NCBI GenBank assembly: GCA_964642735.1
Contig: CAZXSV010000011.1
Location: 21,589 to 85,588 of the forward strand
Reading direction: 5' to 3'
Origin: an uncultured Acidobacteriota bacterium
GTDB lineage: Bacteria > Acidobacteriota > UBA6911
Length of the DNA stretch: 64,000 bases
Below the pieces are notes generated by a model. It was not told the DNA's origin and searched no databases. It was given only the letters and a program-made list of their open reading frames with translations. Position numbers and translations under genes: made by a program. How positions within the stretch are numbered: the stretch's first letter is position 1; every line of letters begins with the position of its first letter. Positions 36,468 through 44,266 of the stretch are shown piece after piece.

Positions 36468-37532
36468 TTATCCGGAAGCTTTGGGAAAAGCCAGGACGGC
36501 TTCGGGACGCACGCAAATCCAGCGATCGTCCCCCGCAGAGACGCCGCTGGAAGAATCCCGGCAGAACGGATGGTAGGCGATAAGCGGAAACCCCGCATCC
36601 ATCTCCAATTCAAGGAAGGAAGGGCGAAATCGGACCTGAACGATTCTGGCTTTGAAGCGATTCCCATCCTTGGGATCGTTGTTTTCGGTCGCGAAAGCGA
36701 TTCCCTCGGGTCGAATAGCGAAAACAACCGGGCCTTCCAGCGATTTGCCGCTGCTGTGCAGAACGACGCCCGAAGGAGTTCTTATTCGGCAGCCTCCGGG
36801 GATTGTCTCGGCGACGCCTTCATTGAAGTTTCGCGTTCTCGTAAACTCCGCGATGAACAAAGTGGAAGGATTGGCGAGTATTTCCTGAATCGATCCCGCC
36901 TGTTCAATCGAACCCCGGTTCATGATGGCGATGCGATCCGCCACCAAAGAAGCCTCTTCGAAACTGTGACACACATGAAGAAACGTTCGATTGGAATCTT
37001 GTTGAATCCGCCTGAGTTCGCCCGCGAGTTGCGAACGCAGATTCTCGTCCAGAGCGCTTAAAGGCTCATCCAGCAGCAGAATGTTTGGCTGAGTGATCAG
37101 CGCCCTGCCGAGTGCGACTCGTTGCTTTTCGCCTCCGCTCAGGAAAAGCGGCAAGCGGTTCTGCAGAGGCGCGACTCCCAATTTTTCCATCATGGATTCC
37201 ACTCTCGTCCGGATTTCCGAGGGATTGATTTTGCGCGCTTTCAAGCCGTAGCCGAGGTTTTGCCGGACAGTCATGTTGGGAAACAGGGCGTAGTCCTGGG
37301 GCACGTATCCGATGTTTCTTTCTTCGGGATAGCAGCCGACGACGTCCCGGCCATTGATGCGGATGCCGCCGGAATCCGGCTTGTTTATTCCGGCGATGCA
37401 TTCCAGCAGAACGCTTTTCCCCGCTCCCGTAGGCCCCAGAAGAACGAAATACTCTCCCTCGTTTATCCGAAGATGGATGTCACGCAGGTCAAACTCGCCG
37501 AGATGGATGTTTAGTTTTTCAATCTGAATCAT
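36468..37532 (-). CDS. ABC transporter ATP-binding protein with a C-terminal TOBE-like domain (molybdate/tungstate/sulfate class)
   Basis: GPTGAGKS, LSGGEKQRVALGRAL, LLLDEPLSALD and a C-terminal beta-rich regulatory domain. The ATG at 37532 is 4 nt after the permease stop. Confidence 0.85.
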   Translation of the reverse strand: MIQIEKLNIHLGEFDLRDIHLRINEGEYFVLLGPTGAGKSVLLECIAGINKPDSGGIRINGRDVVGCYPEERNIGYVPQDYALFPNMTVRQNLGYGLKARKINPSEIRTRVESMMEKLGVAPLQNRLPLFLSGGEKQRVALGRALITQPNILLLDEPLSALDENLRSQLAGELRRIQQDSNRTFLHVCHSFEEASLVADRIAIMNRGSIEQAGSIQEILANPSTLFIAEFTRTRNFNEGVAETIPGGCRIRTPSGVVLHSSGKSLEGPVVFAIRPEGIAFATENNDPKDGNRFKARIVQVRFRPSFLELEMDAGFPLIAYHPFCRDSSSGVSAGDDRWICVRPEAVLAFPKASG

Positions 37533-37536
37533 GCCG

Positions 37537-38499
37537 TCACCACACGTATCCCCTGCCGCCCAGACGATGCAGAACGTAAATGCTGATCCCGCTGATGAAA
37601 ACCAACGCAAAGGCGATTCCAAAACCATATTCAAGCTCGCCATACTCGATTGCCGACCACATGGCGACAGGAAGAATGTCCGCCTGATGCAGCTGCAATT
37701 CCTGTAGAAAAGGAGAAAAACGGGACAGCGGAAGCTCGCGGAATGTGCCGCAAAATAAAAGAACCGCGCCGAATTCGGCCATCGCCCGCGCCCATGCCAG
37801 GATGAACCCGGCAAAGAGCCCCGTCCGACACAAGGGGAGCGTCACGGTCCGAAAAGCCCGCCAATGCGAACTGCCCAAGGAACGGGCCACGTGCTCGTAG
37901 CGGGGATGGACGCCGTCAAAGGCGGCCTTCCAGGCGCTCAGTCCGATGGCCAGCGATAGCACGAGTTGGGCGACGACAATGCCCGGAAAAACGGAGTGGG
38001 CGGCCTGAATATGAAAATGCGCCTGCAGCCTGGACAGAAACCCATGCTGAAAAACGACGATCAGACAAAGACCGACGGATGAAGCGGGCAGCACGATCAC
38101 CGAAGAAAACAGAACGTCAATGACGGAGCGTCCCGGAATCCGGAACCGCGACAACGCGTACGCCGAGGGAATGCCCAGGATTGCGGCGATCAAAGCGGTC
38201 AGAGTGGATGAGGCGATCGACAGATGAACCGAACGCCAGAAGGCGGGATCCTTCCACAATCCTCCGGCGAATTCATTCGCCCGGCTTGTTTTTCGCCACA
38301 AGTCCATCCCTTCCGTTGCAACGAGCTTTTTGGGAAACAGCTCCCCTGCGTTGCTTAAAAAAAGCCAGCAGGATGCAAGCGCCAGGAGAATGGCGGCGGC
38401 GTAAAAAACAGCGGCAAACAAATGGCCGGCTTTGCGGCTCGGGAGCACGGATGGATTGGACGACGGATTGCTACCAAACATAGCTCTTCCTCCCGACAA
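37537..38499 (-). CDS. ABC transporter permease (CysTW/ModB class), subunit 2
   Basis: EAA-loop region ARSLGSSHWRAFRTVTLPL and six hydrophobic segments. Confidence 0.85.
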   Translation of the reverse strand: MSGGRAMFGSNPSSNPSVLPSRKAGHLFAAVFYAAAILLALASCWLFLSNAGELFPKKLVATEGMDLWRKTSRANEFAGGLWKDPAFWRSVHLSIASSTLTALIAAILGIPSAYALSRFRIPGRSVIDVLFSSVIVLPASSVGLCLIVVFQHGFLSRLQAHFHIQAAHSVFPGIVVAQLVLSLAIGLSAWKAAFDGVHPRYEHVARSLGSSHWRAFRTVTLPLCRTGLFAGFILAWARAMAEFGAVLLFCGTFRELPLSRFSPFLQELQLHQADILPVAMWSAIEYGELEYGFGIAFALVFISGISIYVLHRLGGRGYVW

Positions 38500-39277
38500 T
38501 CCGCACTGCGCCCATCGCGGCGATCGCCATCCAGATGCAAAGGAGGCTCAACGAAACCACCCAGCCCATCATGCCCCCGTTCCAGTCGAGATAGACGGCG
38601 AAAGGAAGCGTATCGGTGCGCCCTTCCGTCCCGCCCACAAAAAGCATCAACGCCTCCCATTCCGCCGCGGCTCTGGCCCACACGACTATCAAGCTGGCGA
38701 CAATTCCCCGGCGAGCCAACGGAATGGTGATTTGAAAAAAGGTTCGCGCGCGCGAGGCGCCAAGGGACCGGGATACAAATTCCAAGCGAGGATTGACCGC
38801 GTCGAAGGCCGTTTTCATCAAGCGGGCGCAAAAAGCCACGGTGACGACAAACTGTGCGAACACAACTCCCGCCGCCGTGCGGCCGAGATCGAGTCCCAGC
38901 AGCGTCAAAAGGTCGCGCAACGGCGGCGTATGCGTCAATCCGAAAAGAAACGCGCCGACGGCGGCCGGAGGGACAAGCACCGGCAGATCGATGATCGTGG
39001 CCATAAGCCGAGGGCACGGGAAGCGGAAACGGGACAGGGCGTATCCTGCGAAGATTCCGAAAACAAGCGAAAATCCTGTGGCCAGCGTGGCTGTCCAGAT
39101 TGTCAGCCAGAGGCGTTTCCAGAGCCTCGGATGGCTGAAAAAATAAAGGCTGTCGCTAAAACCCAGATAAAAAATGTTGCTCAAAACGAGCAAAAAATAT
39201 CCGATCAGGATGATGCTCACCGACGCCAGACAAATGACCGGCCATATCCGGTTGCGGCTCGACGAAGATTTCTTCAT
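38471..39277 (-). CDS. ABC transporter permease (CysTW/ModB class), subunit 1
   Basis: SRSLGASRARTFFQITIPL EAA loop. I prefer the ATG at 39277 (MKKSSSSRNRIWPVI...); the long track extension to 39685 overlaps the SBP gene. Confidence 0.85.
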   Translation of the reverse strand: MKKSSSSRNRIWPVICLASVSIILIGYFLLVLSNIFYLGFSDSLYFFSHPRLWKRLWLTIWTATLATGFSLVFGIFAGYALSRFRFPCPRLMATIIDLPVLVPPAAVGAFLFGLTHTPPLRDLLTLLGLDLGRTAAGVVFAQFVVTVAFCARLMKTAFDAVNPRLEFVSRSLGASRARTFFQITIPLARRGIVASLIVVWARAAAEWEALMLFVGGTEGRTDTLPFAVYLDWNGGMMGWVVSLSLLCIWMAIAAMGAVRIVGRKSYVW

Positions 39278-39303
39278 TGAATAATTCCGAATCGCGGGGC
39301 TTC

Positions 39304-40284
39304 TCAGTCCCCCGCGCGAATTGTTTTCCGTTGGCGCGTCACTTCTCCCCCAAGCGGGCCGACCTCTTCTTGGCCGGTTTTGCGGGAAGGATCCTTGACG
39401 GCGGCGGCGGCGTTCATAAGCCATTGCATCAGCTGGTCGACGGCGCGGTCTTCCGCGGCTTGGAATCCGTCCTTGTCCCGCGGAATCGAGCCTACCGCGT
39501 ATGCATGTCTCAAAAAGATCTCTTTGCCTTGATCCGAAAGCATAAAGTTCTTCAGCGAAACAGCCGCCCGAGGATGTTTTGAAAAAGCAAGGGTTGCGAC
39601 CGGAAGGCGCACTACCGCACGGTACCGGTGTGGCAGCGGCAGCACCTCGCAGTCGCGCAGGTACAGTACCGCTGTAGTCGCCCAAACGATCGTGGCGTCG
39701 ATGAGATTATGCTGGGCGGCGTTGCCTAGCTCTGGAATGCATTTAGCGCTAAAGGACGCATTTTTCCGGACCTCCTCCAAAATGCCGGCTTTTTTGAAGA
39801 CTTTTTCATGCTCGACTCCGATCGCGCAGGATCGAGGATTCCCCAAACCGACCCTGACATCCGGTCTGGCAAAGTCTTCTATCCCCCGAATCTGCTTTGG
39901 ATTCCCACGCGGCGTCAAAATGACGGTGATGAAATAGGCGGCAATGTCCCGATTGGGATCGTAATCGGTCACAAAGCCTCTCTCGGCCGCCTGGAGCACG
40001 TAGAACTCTTCGCCAGGCATGAAAAGATCGCCTTCTTGGGAACGGCTGAGATCCGCCAAGAAATAACCGGAACCCTTGAAGGAAAAATTGACGCGCACGT
40101 CGGGATGGATTTTTTGAAACTTCTGCTGGACTTCCCTGAGAGAAGAACGCTGTCCGACCCCTGCGTGAAAAAGCAGGGTCTGTTCACGCTTGCATTGGGC
40201 GCAGGGAATTAAAAGAAGAACGACCCCTGTGCAACAGAACAGCCGTTTAAATCCAAGGAGCTTTCTATAGTTCATAAAATGCAT
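39304..40284 (-). CDS. ModA/WtpA-like periplasmic oxyanion-binding protein with a ~70-aa C-terminal extension
   Basis: Signal or lipoprotein-like N-terminus. NFSFKGSGYFLADLSRSQEGDLFMPG parallels the ModA sfggSg...aDvf.sa pattern. Ligand specificity is unknown. Confidence 0.7.
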   Translation of the reverse strand: MHFMNYRKLLGFKRLFCCTGVVLLLIPCAQCKREQTLLFHAGVGQRSSLREVQQKFQKIHPDVRVNFSFKGSGYFLADLSRSQEGDLFMPGEEFYVLQAAERGFVTDYDPNRDIAAYFITVILTPRGNPKQIRGIEDFARPDVRVGLGNPRSCAIGVEHEKVFKKAGILEEVRKNASFSAKCIPELGNAAQHNLIDATIVWATTAVLYLRDCEVLPLPHRYRAVVRLPVATLAFSKHPRAAVSLKNFMLSDQGKEIFLRHAYAVGSIPRDKDGFQAAEDRAVDQLMQWLMNAAAAVKDPSRKTGQEEVGPLGGEVTRQRKTIRAGD

Positions 40285-40493
40285 TTGAAATCAAGCCGCC
40301 GTCGAAGCCTTTTCTTGAAGCCTTCGCCCATGGCGGCGACTCGTTCGTCTCCCACGGATAGCGGCAAGGAATAAAGAAACATGAATTCAGCGCGCATCCG
40401 CCGGCGCTTCAGACAGTAGCTCCGGCAAGCCGGCGGAGAATTGGGCGCCGAATATTTCGGACTATTGGGACGCGCGAGTTTACAGTCAATCAT

Positions 40494-41651
40494 CTAAGCG
40501 TTCGCTTCTATGGATGAAATGCCGCGAAGCCGCCGGACGGTATCGGCCAGGGCGGCGACGACAGCATCGACGTCCTCCTCTTTCGTGCTCCTGCCGAACG
40601 AGACCCTGACGGAGCTTTGCGCTTCCTTGGGAGAAAGCCCCATCGCGAGAAGGACATGCGAGGGCTCCGGGTCGCCTGTGGAGCATGCGGAGCCCGTCGA
40701 AACATAGATTCCGCGAAGGTCCAATCCAAGAACGATAGATTCCCCGTCGACGGACTCGAAACTCAGGCTGGAAGTGTTCGGCGCGCGCGGCGAGGACGAT
40801 CCGTTGATTTTCACTCGCGGCGCCGCGGAAACGATCCGGGACTCAAACCGGTCGCGAAGGCGCCGCAGCCGCCTGGATTCGGCAGCCGAAGACTCGACCG
40901 CCAAGGCGAGCGCGTGAGCGAATCCGACAATGCCGGCGACATTTTCCGTTCCGGCGCGCAAACCGCGCTCATGCGGCCCGCCGGTGAGGATGGGATCGAC
41001 CGGAGTCCCTTCGCGGACGTACAGCGCAGCCGTCCCCTTGGGGCCGTATATCTTGTGGCCGGAAACGGAAATAAGGTCGGCGCCGAGCTCGCACAACCGG
41101 CCGGGCATCTTGCCCGCCGTCTGCACCGCGTCCGTGTGAAATACAACGCCGCGCCTTTTAGCCAGCGCGGCGATCTCCTCAACCGGCTGGAGCACGCCGG
41201 TCTCGTTGTTGGCGTGCATGACGCTGATCAGGACGGTCTCCGGGCGCAAACTTGATTCGACGTCCTCAACGCGGACGGCGCCGCCGGCCCCGACCGGCAG
41301 ATAGGAGATCCGTCTGCCTTCAGATTCCAGGGCTTTGCACGTGTGGAGCACGGCGTGGTGTTCGATCGCCGTTGTTACGATGTGATCGCCGCGCGACCGC
41401 AACGAGCGCGCCACTCCGCGAATCGCAAGGTTGTCCGATTCCGTGCCGCAGGAAGTAAAAAATACTTCCGCAGGCTTGCACCCGAAGCAATCGGCGACGC
41501 TCTCCCGGGCCTTTTCCACGGCGAGCCTGGCCTGATTGCCGAAGCTGTAAGGGCTGGAGGGATTGCCCCAGCGATCGTTCAGGAAAGGAAGCATGGCTTC
41601 CAGGACCCGGCCGTCCAGCGGGGTTGTCGCGTTGTAATCGAGATAGATCAC
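40494..41651 (-). CDS. nifS: Cysteine desulfurase NifS
   Basis: IYLDYNATTP, SGHKIYGPKG (PLP Lys) and STGSACS (active Cys loop). The GTG at 41651 overlaps the nifU stop (GTGA). The track start at 41867 lies inside nifU. Confidence 0.9.
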   Translation of the reverse strand: MIYLDYNATTPLDGRVLEAMLPFLNDRWGNPSSPYSFGNQARLAVEKARESVADCFGCKPAEVFFTSCGTESDNLAIRGVARSLRSRGDHIVTTAIEHHAVLHTCKALESEGRRISYLPVGAGGAVRVEDVESSLRPETVLISVMHANNETGVLQPVEEIAALAKRRGVVFHTDAVQTAGKMPGRLCELGADLISVSGHKIYGPKGTAALYVREGTPVDPILTGGPHERGLRAGTENVAGIVGFAHALALAVESSAAESRRLRRLRDRFESRIVSAAPRVKINGSSSPRAPNTSSLSFESVDGESIVLGLDLRGIYVSTGSACSTGDPEPSHVLLAMGLSPKEAQSSVRVSFGRSTKEEDVDAVVAALADTVRRLRGISSIEANA

Positions 41652-42121
41652 CGTTTCTTCTCCTCGCGAGCGAGCTTTCTCGCCTCCCAATCCCTTATGG
41701 CCGCCTGAAGGGCCAAAACGCCCAGCAGCGAACAGTGCTTTTTCCTTTCCGGAATCCCTCCGAGGGCCTCCACAACGTCGTCGTCCGTTATTCTCCCAGC
41801 TTCTTCTATAGACTTCCCTTTCGCCAGGGCGGTCAACATGCTGCTGGTGGCGATCGCACCCGGACATCCGAAAGATTTAAACGCAATCTTTTCGATCCGC
41901 TCGGACTTGACCGATATCCAGAGCTTCATCTGGTCGCCGCAGGAGGGGTCGCCGACCAATCCGTATCCATCCGTCTCGCTCTCCGGCAGTTCTCCTGCAT
42001 TGCGCGGATTGATGAAATGATCGATGACATCTTCATTGTAAAAAAGGACAGGTCCCGAATACCGGGGCTGTTCTTTATTCTCATCCGTATTCTCATCCGT
42101 CGGTGGTTTTTCCATAGCCAT
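41648..42121 (-). CDS. nifU: NifU/IscU-type Fe-S scaffold (N-terminal-domain type)
   Basis: GDPSCGDQMKLWI, FGCPGAIATSS and KKHCSLL, the three scaffold Cys motifs. Confidence 0.85.
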   Translation of the reverse strand: MAMEKPPTDENTDENKEQPRYSGPVLFYNEDVIDHFINPRNAGELPESETDGYGLVGDPSCGDQMKLWISVKSERIEKIAFKSFGCPGAIATSSMLTALAKGKSIEEAGRITDDDVVEALGGIPERKKHCSLLGVLALQAAIRDWEARKLAREEKKR

Positions 42122-42167
42122 TGATTCTCCCCGCCATCACTTTACACGGGTTTTCGCAGAAAGTCAG

Positions 42168-42182
42168 GCGATCCCTAAGCCA
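42168..42182 (-). promoter_or_regulatory. Sigma-54 promoter candidate upstream of nifU-nifS
   Basis: The minus strand reads TGGCTTAGGGATCGC with exact spacing. The -12 box is TCGC (GC conserved). It lies 47 nt upstream of the ATG at 42121. Confidence 0.35.
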
Positions 42183-42271
42183 TCCCACAGGCCGATGCGC
42201 CGGCTTGACCTCGGGGCGTCCGGAAGATGTGGGAAGGGATGGAATGCAACAAAATTGAATATAATGTTTTA

Positions 42272-42284
42272 TTGCAGAATGCAA
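42272..42284. promoter_or_regulatory. Type-1 palindrome TTGCAGAATGCAA
   Basis: Perfect arms, centred about 97 bp upstream of the GG of the 42168-42182 candidate, in the thioesterase/nifU intergenic gap. Confidence 0.4.
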
Positions 42285-42291
42285 TGAGCAT

Positions 42292-42765
42292 TTACAGCGC
42301 TTCGTCGCTCCCTCCGGCCTGGATCAAATCCCGGTCGATAAATTTGGCCGAGGCCCGGACCAGAGTCCGCCCTTCCTGCTCCAGCTCCGCTTCCATCACA
42401 TACAGCGGCGGCTCATATTCCCTGATCCAGGCCTTGACGGTAGCCGGGCGATCGATTTCCACCGGAAGAAGGAATCGGACGATGAGCCTTGCCGTCACCG
42501 CAACGATTCTGCGGGCGAAAAGACAATTGGCCATCGCAGAATCCAGCAGCATAGAACTGACGCCTCCGTGCAGAAAACCCGGATACCCTTGATACACCCG
42601 GCTGCATGAAAACTCCGCCTGGACGCCCTTGTCGTCCCGAAGGGAAAACTCGAGTGCAAGCCCCGTAGCGTTCCCCGCGCTGCACGTGATGCAGTTCGGA
42701 TGCGCCAGTCTCCTGGTAGTTTCAAGATCTTGCGTGCAAGGGTCAACCATATAAATATCGTTCAA
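42292..42765 (-). CDS. PaaI-family hotdog-fold thioesterase
   Basis: YQGYPGFLHGGVSSMLLDSAMANC core motif, 157 aa. Confidence 0.75.
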   Translation of the reverse strand: MNDIYMVDPCTQDLETTRRLAHPNCITCSAGNATGLALEFSLRDDKGVQAEFSCSRVYQGYPGFLHGGVSSMLLDSAMANCLFARRIVAVTARLIVRFLLPVEIDRPATVKAWIREYEPPLYVMEAELEQEGRTLVRASAKFIDRDLIQAGGSDEAL

Positions 42766-42775
42766 AATGAAAGAT

Positions 42776-43150
42776 TTAATGACCGCACTGCCCGCCGTGT
42801 TCCTGACAGGAATCGTTCATTGAAAGCTCTTGAAGCCTGTCTTCTTTCAATAATGCGATATTTTCGTCGATGGTTGCGGCGCCCGCTCTGTAAACCTTTA
42901 CGCCCATCGCGTTGAATTTCGAAACGGCCCCCGGGCCCATGCCGCCTACAATCATCGCATCGACGCTGTTCCCTCCAAGGGTCATAAACGGATTGCAGAC
43001 GCCATGCTCCCGATGAGAGTTGGCATTATCCACCGCGGAAATCTGCAGATTGTCGACGTCGACAATGACAAATGCGGGCGCCGAGCCGAAGTGTCCATAA
43101 ACAGCGCTTTTAAGTCCTTGATTGAATTGAACCGGGAAACCAACCTTCAT
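42776..43150 (-). CDS. NifX/NifB-C-terminal-like cofactor-binding-fold protein with a Cys/His tail
   Basis: VYGHFGSAPAFVIVD...AMIVGGMGPGAVSKFNAMGVKVY, with tail DSCQEHGGQCGH. Confidence 0.8.
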   Translation of the reverse strand: MKVGFPVQFNQGLKSAVYGHFGSAPAFVIVDVDNLQISAVDNANSHREHGVCNPFMTLGGNSVDAMIVGGMGPGAVSKFNAMGVKVYRAGAATIDENIALLKEDRLQELSMNDSCQEHGGQCGH

Positions 43151-43231
43151 CTCTTTCTCCTTCGATTAAATTTAATTGGGAACGTTTCTCAAACCGAGCC
43201 GATCTCCTTCCAAAACTCGTCCTGCTTTCAA

Positions 43232-43246
43232 GCAATTTGATGGCCC
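43232..43246 (-). promoter_or_regulatory. Sigma-54 promoter candidate for the nifX-like-thioesterase unit
   Basis: The minus strand reads GGGCCATCAAATTGC with exact GG-N10-GC spacing. It lies about 85 nt upstream of the ATG at 43150. Confidence 0.4.
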
Positions 43247-43309
43247 TATTATAGGAAATTTTCTCTACGATTTAAACCTCTTCGCTCTGTCTTCGCACGG
43301 TTGCACGAC

Positions 43310-43324
43310 AGGCACGCCGATTGC
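43310..43324 (+). promoter_or_regulatory. Sigma-54 promoter candidate for DUF364 copy 2 (and possibly EBP2)
   Basis: AGGCACGCCGATTGC has GGCACG at -24 and TTGCT at -12 with exact spacing. It lies about 75 nt upstream of the ATG at 43399. Confidence 0.65.
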
Positions 43325-43398
43325 TTTTTTGAACACTTTCGATACAATGGGGCCGGGCGAGAGGATGGGTCGCTTTTCCACAATGCGGAGGATTTTTC

Positions 43399-44145
43399 AT
43401 GCTGGCGAATGAAATAGCCGATCACGGACTCACGCTCGTCGATCGTCACACCGTTTCCGACATCCGAATCGGTCTTGGCTATACAGCGGTCCTGCTCGAC
43501 GACGGCCGGTGCGGCTTGGCCTACACCCTGCACGAACAGCCCTACGAGTCCTGCAGCGTGATTTCCGAAGCCGGGACACTGGCCGGAAGAAAAGCGTCGG
43601 AATTGATCCCCTGGATGAAATCTAAGGATGTCACGGCCTGCGCCGTCGGGTTGGCGACGCTCAACGCCCTGATCCGTCCGCATGCCGCGGCGGCGGAATC
43701 CGACATCATCGACCTGCTGCCGGTGAACCCCGGCGATCGAGTCGGGATGGTCGGCTATTTCGGCCCGCTGGTTGCGCCGATAAAAAAACGGGCTCAAGCC
43801 CTCTACATCTTCGAACGCAAGGCCAATTCCGAATACGACATATTGCCCGAATCGGCGGCGGAAGAACTGCTTCCCACATGCCAGGTTGCCATCCTGTCCG
43901 CGACCGCAATCATGAACCACACCATCGACAGGCTGCTCGGATTGTCCGAATCAGCCCGCGAAATTGCAGTCCTTGGCCCTTCCACTCCTTTTCTGCCTGA
44001 AATCTTCCGTTCGTACGGCGTAACAATGCTTTCAGGAATTCAAGTCGTCGATTCCCGCCGGATCCTTCAGATTGTGAGCGAAGCGGGCGGCACCCGGCTG
44101 TTTGGCCGTGCGGTCCGGAAGCTTTCCTTGCGCTGCGCCGCATAA
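43399..44145 (+). CDS. DUF4213/DUF364 protein, copy 2
   Basis: IRIGLGYTAVLLDDGRCGLAYTL and VGMVGYFGP, collinear with copy 1. Confidence 0.75.
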   Translation: MLANEIADHGLTLVDRHTVSDIRIGLGYTAVLLDDGRCGLAYTLHEQPYESCSVISEAGTLAGRKASELIPWMKSKDVTACAVGLATLNALIRPHAAAAESDIIDLLPVNPGDRVGMVGYFGPLVAPIKKRAQALYIFERKANSEYDILPESAAEELLPTCQVAILSATAIMNHTIDRLLGLSESAREIAVLGPSTPFLPEIFRSYGVTMLSGIQVVDSRRILQIVSEAGGTRLFGRAVRKLSLRCAA

Positions 44146-44198
44146 TCAGAGAACCGGCGCCCCCGGCCGCAATCCCGGTTCCGGTCGGCATCGACTGT

Positions 44199-44242
44199 TT
44201 GCATAATGCAAATGTTTTGACATTATTTAATGCATAATGCAA
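44199..44242. promoter_or_regulatory. Pair of type-1 palindromes (TTGCATAATGCAA and ATGCATAATGCAA), 31 bp centre to centre
   Basis: Sites at 44199-44211 and 44230-44242, ending 25 nt before the EBP2 ATG. The order and spacing match the pair at 23637-23680. Confidence 0.5.
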
Positions 44243-44266
44243 TATTTTTCCGGGAAGGACGGCAAG

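Noticed and set aside
38355-39280. Several long ORFs (38355..39017 minus, 38432..39280 plus, and the N-terminal extension of 38471..39685)
   Set aside because: They are alternative frames or strands of the two ABC permease genes. The permease frames show EAA loops and TM helices, and the others are Arg-rich.
40285-40493. Possible Moco/tungsten-cofactor riboswitch in the leader of the ModA-like gene
   Set aside because: A stem-loop is present, but I cannot recognise the conserved Moco-motif core by eye. I left it as a check to run (Infernal) rather than a call.
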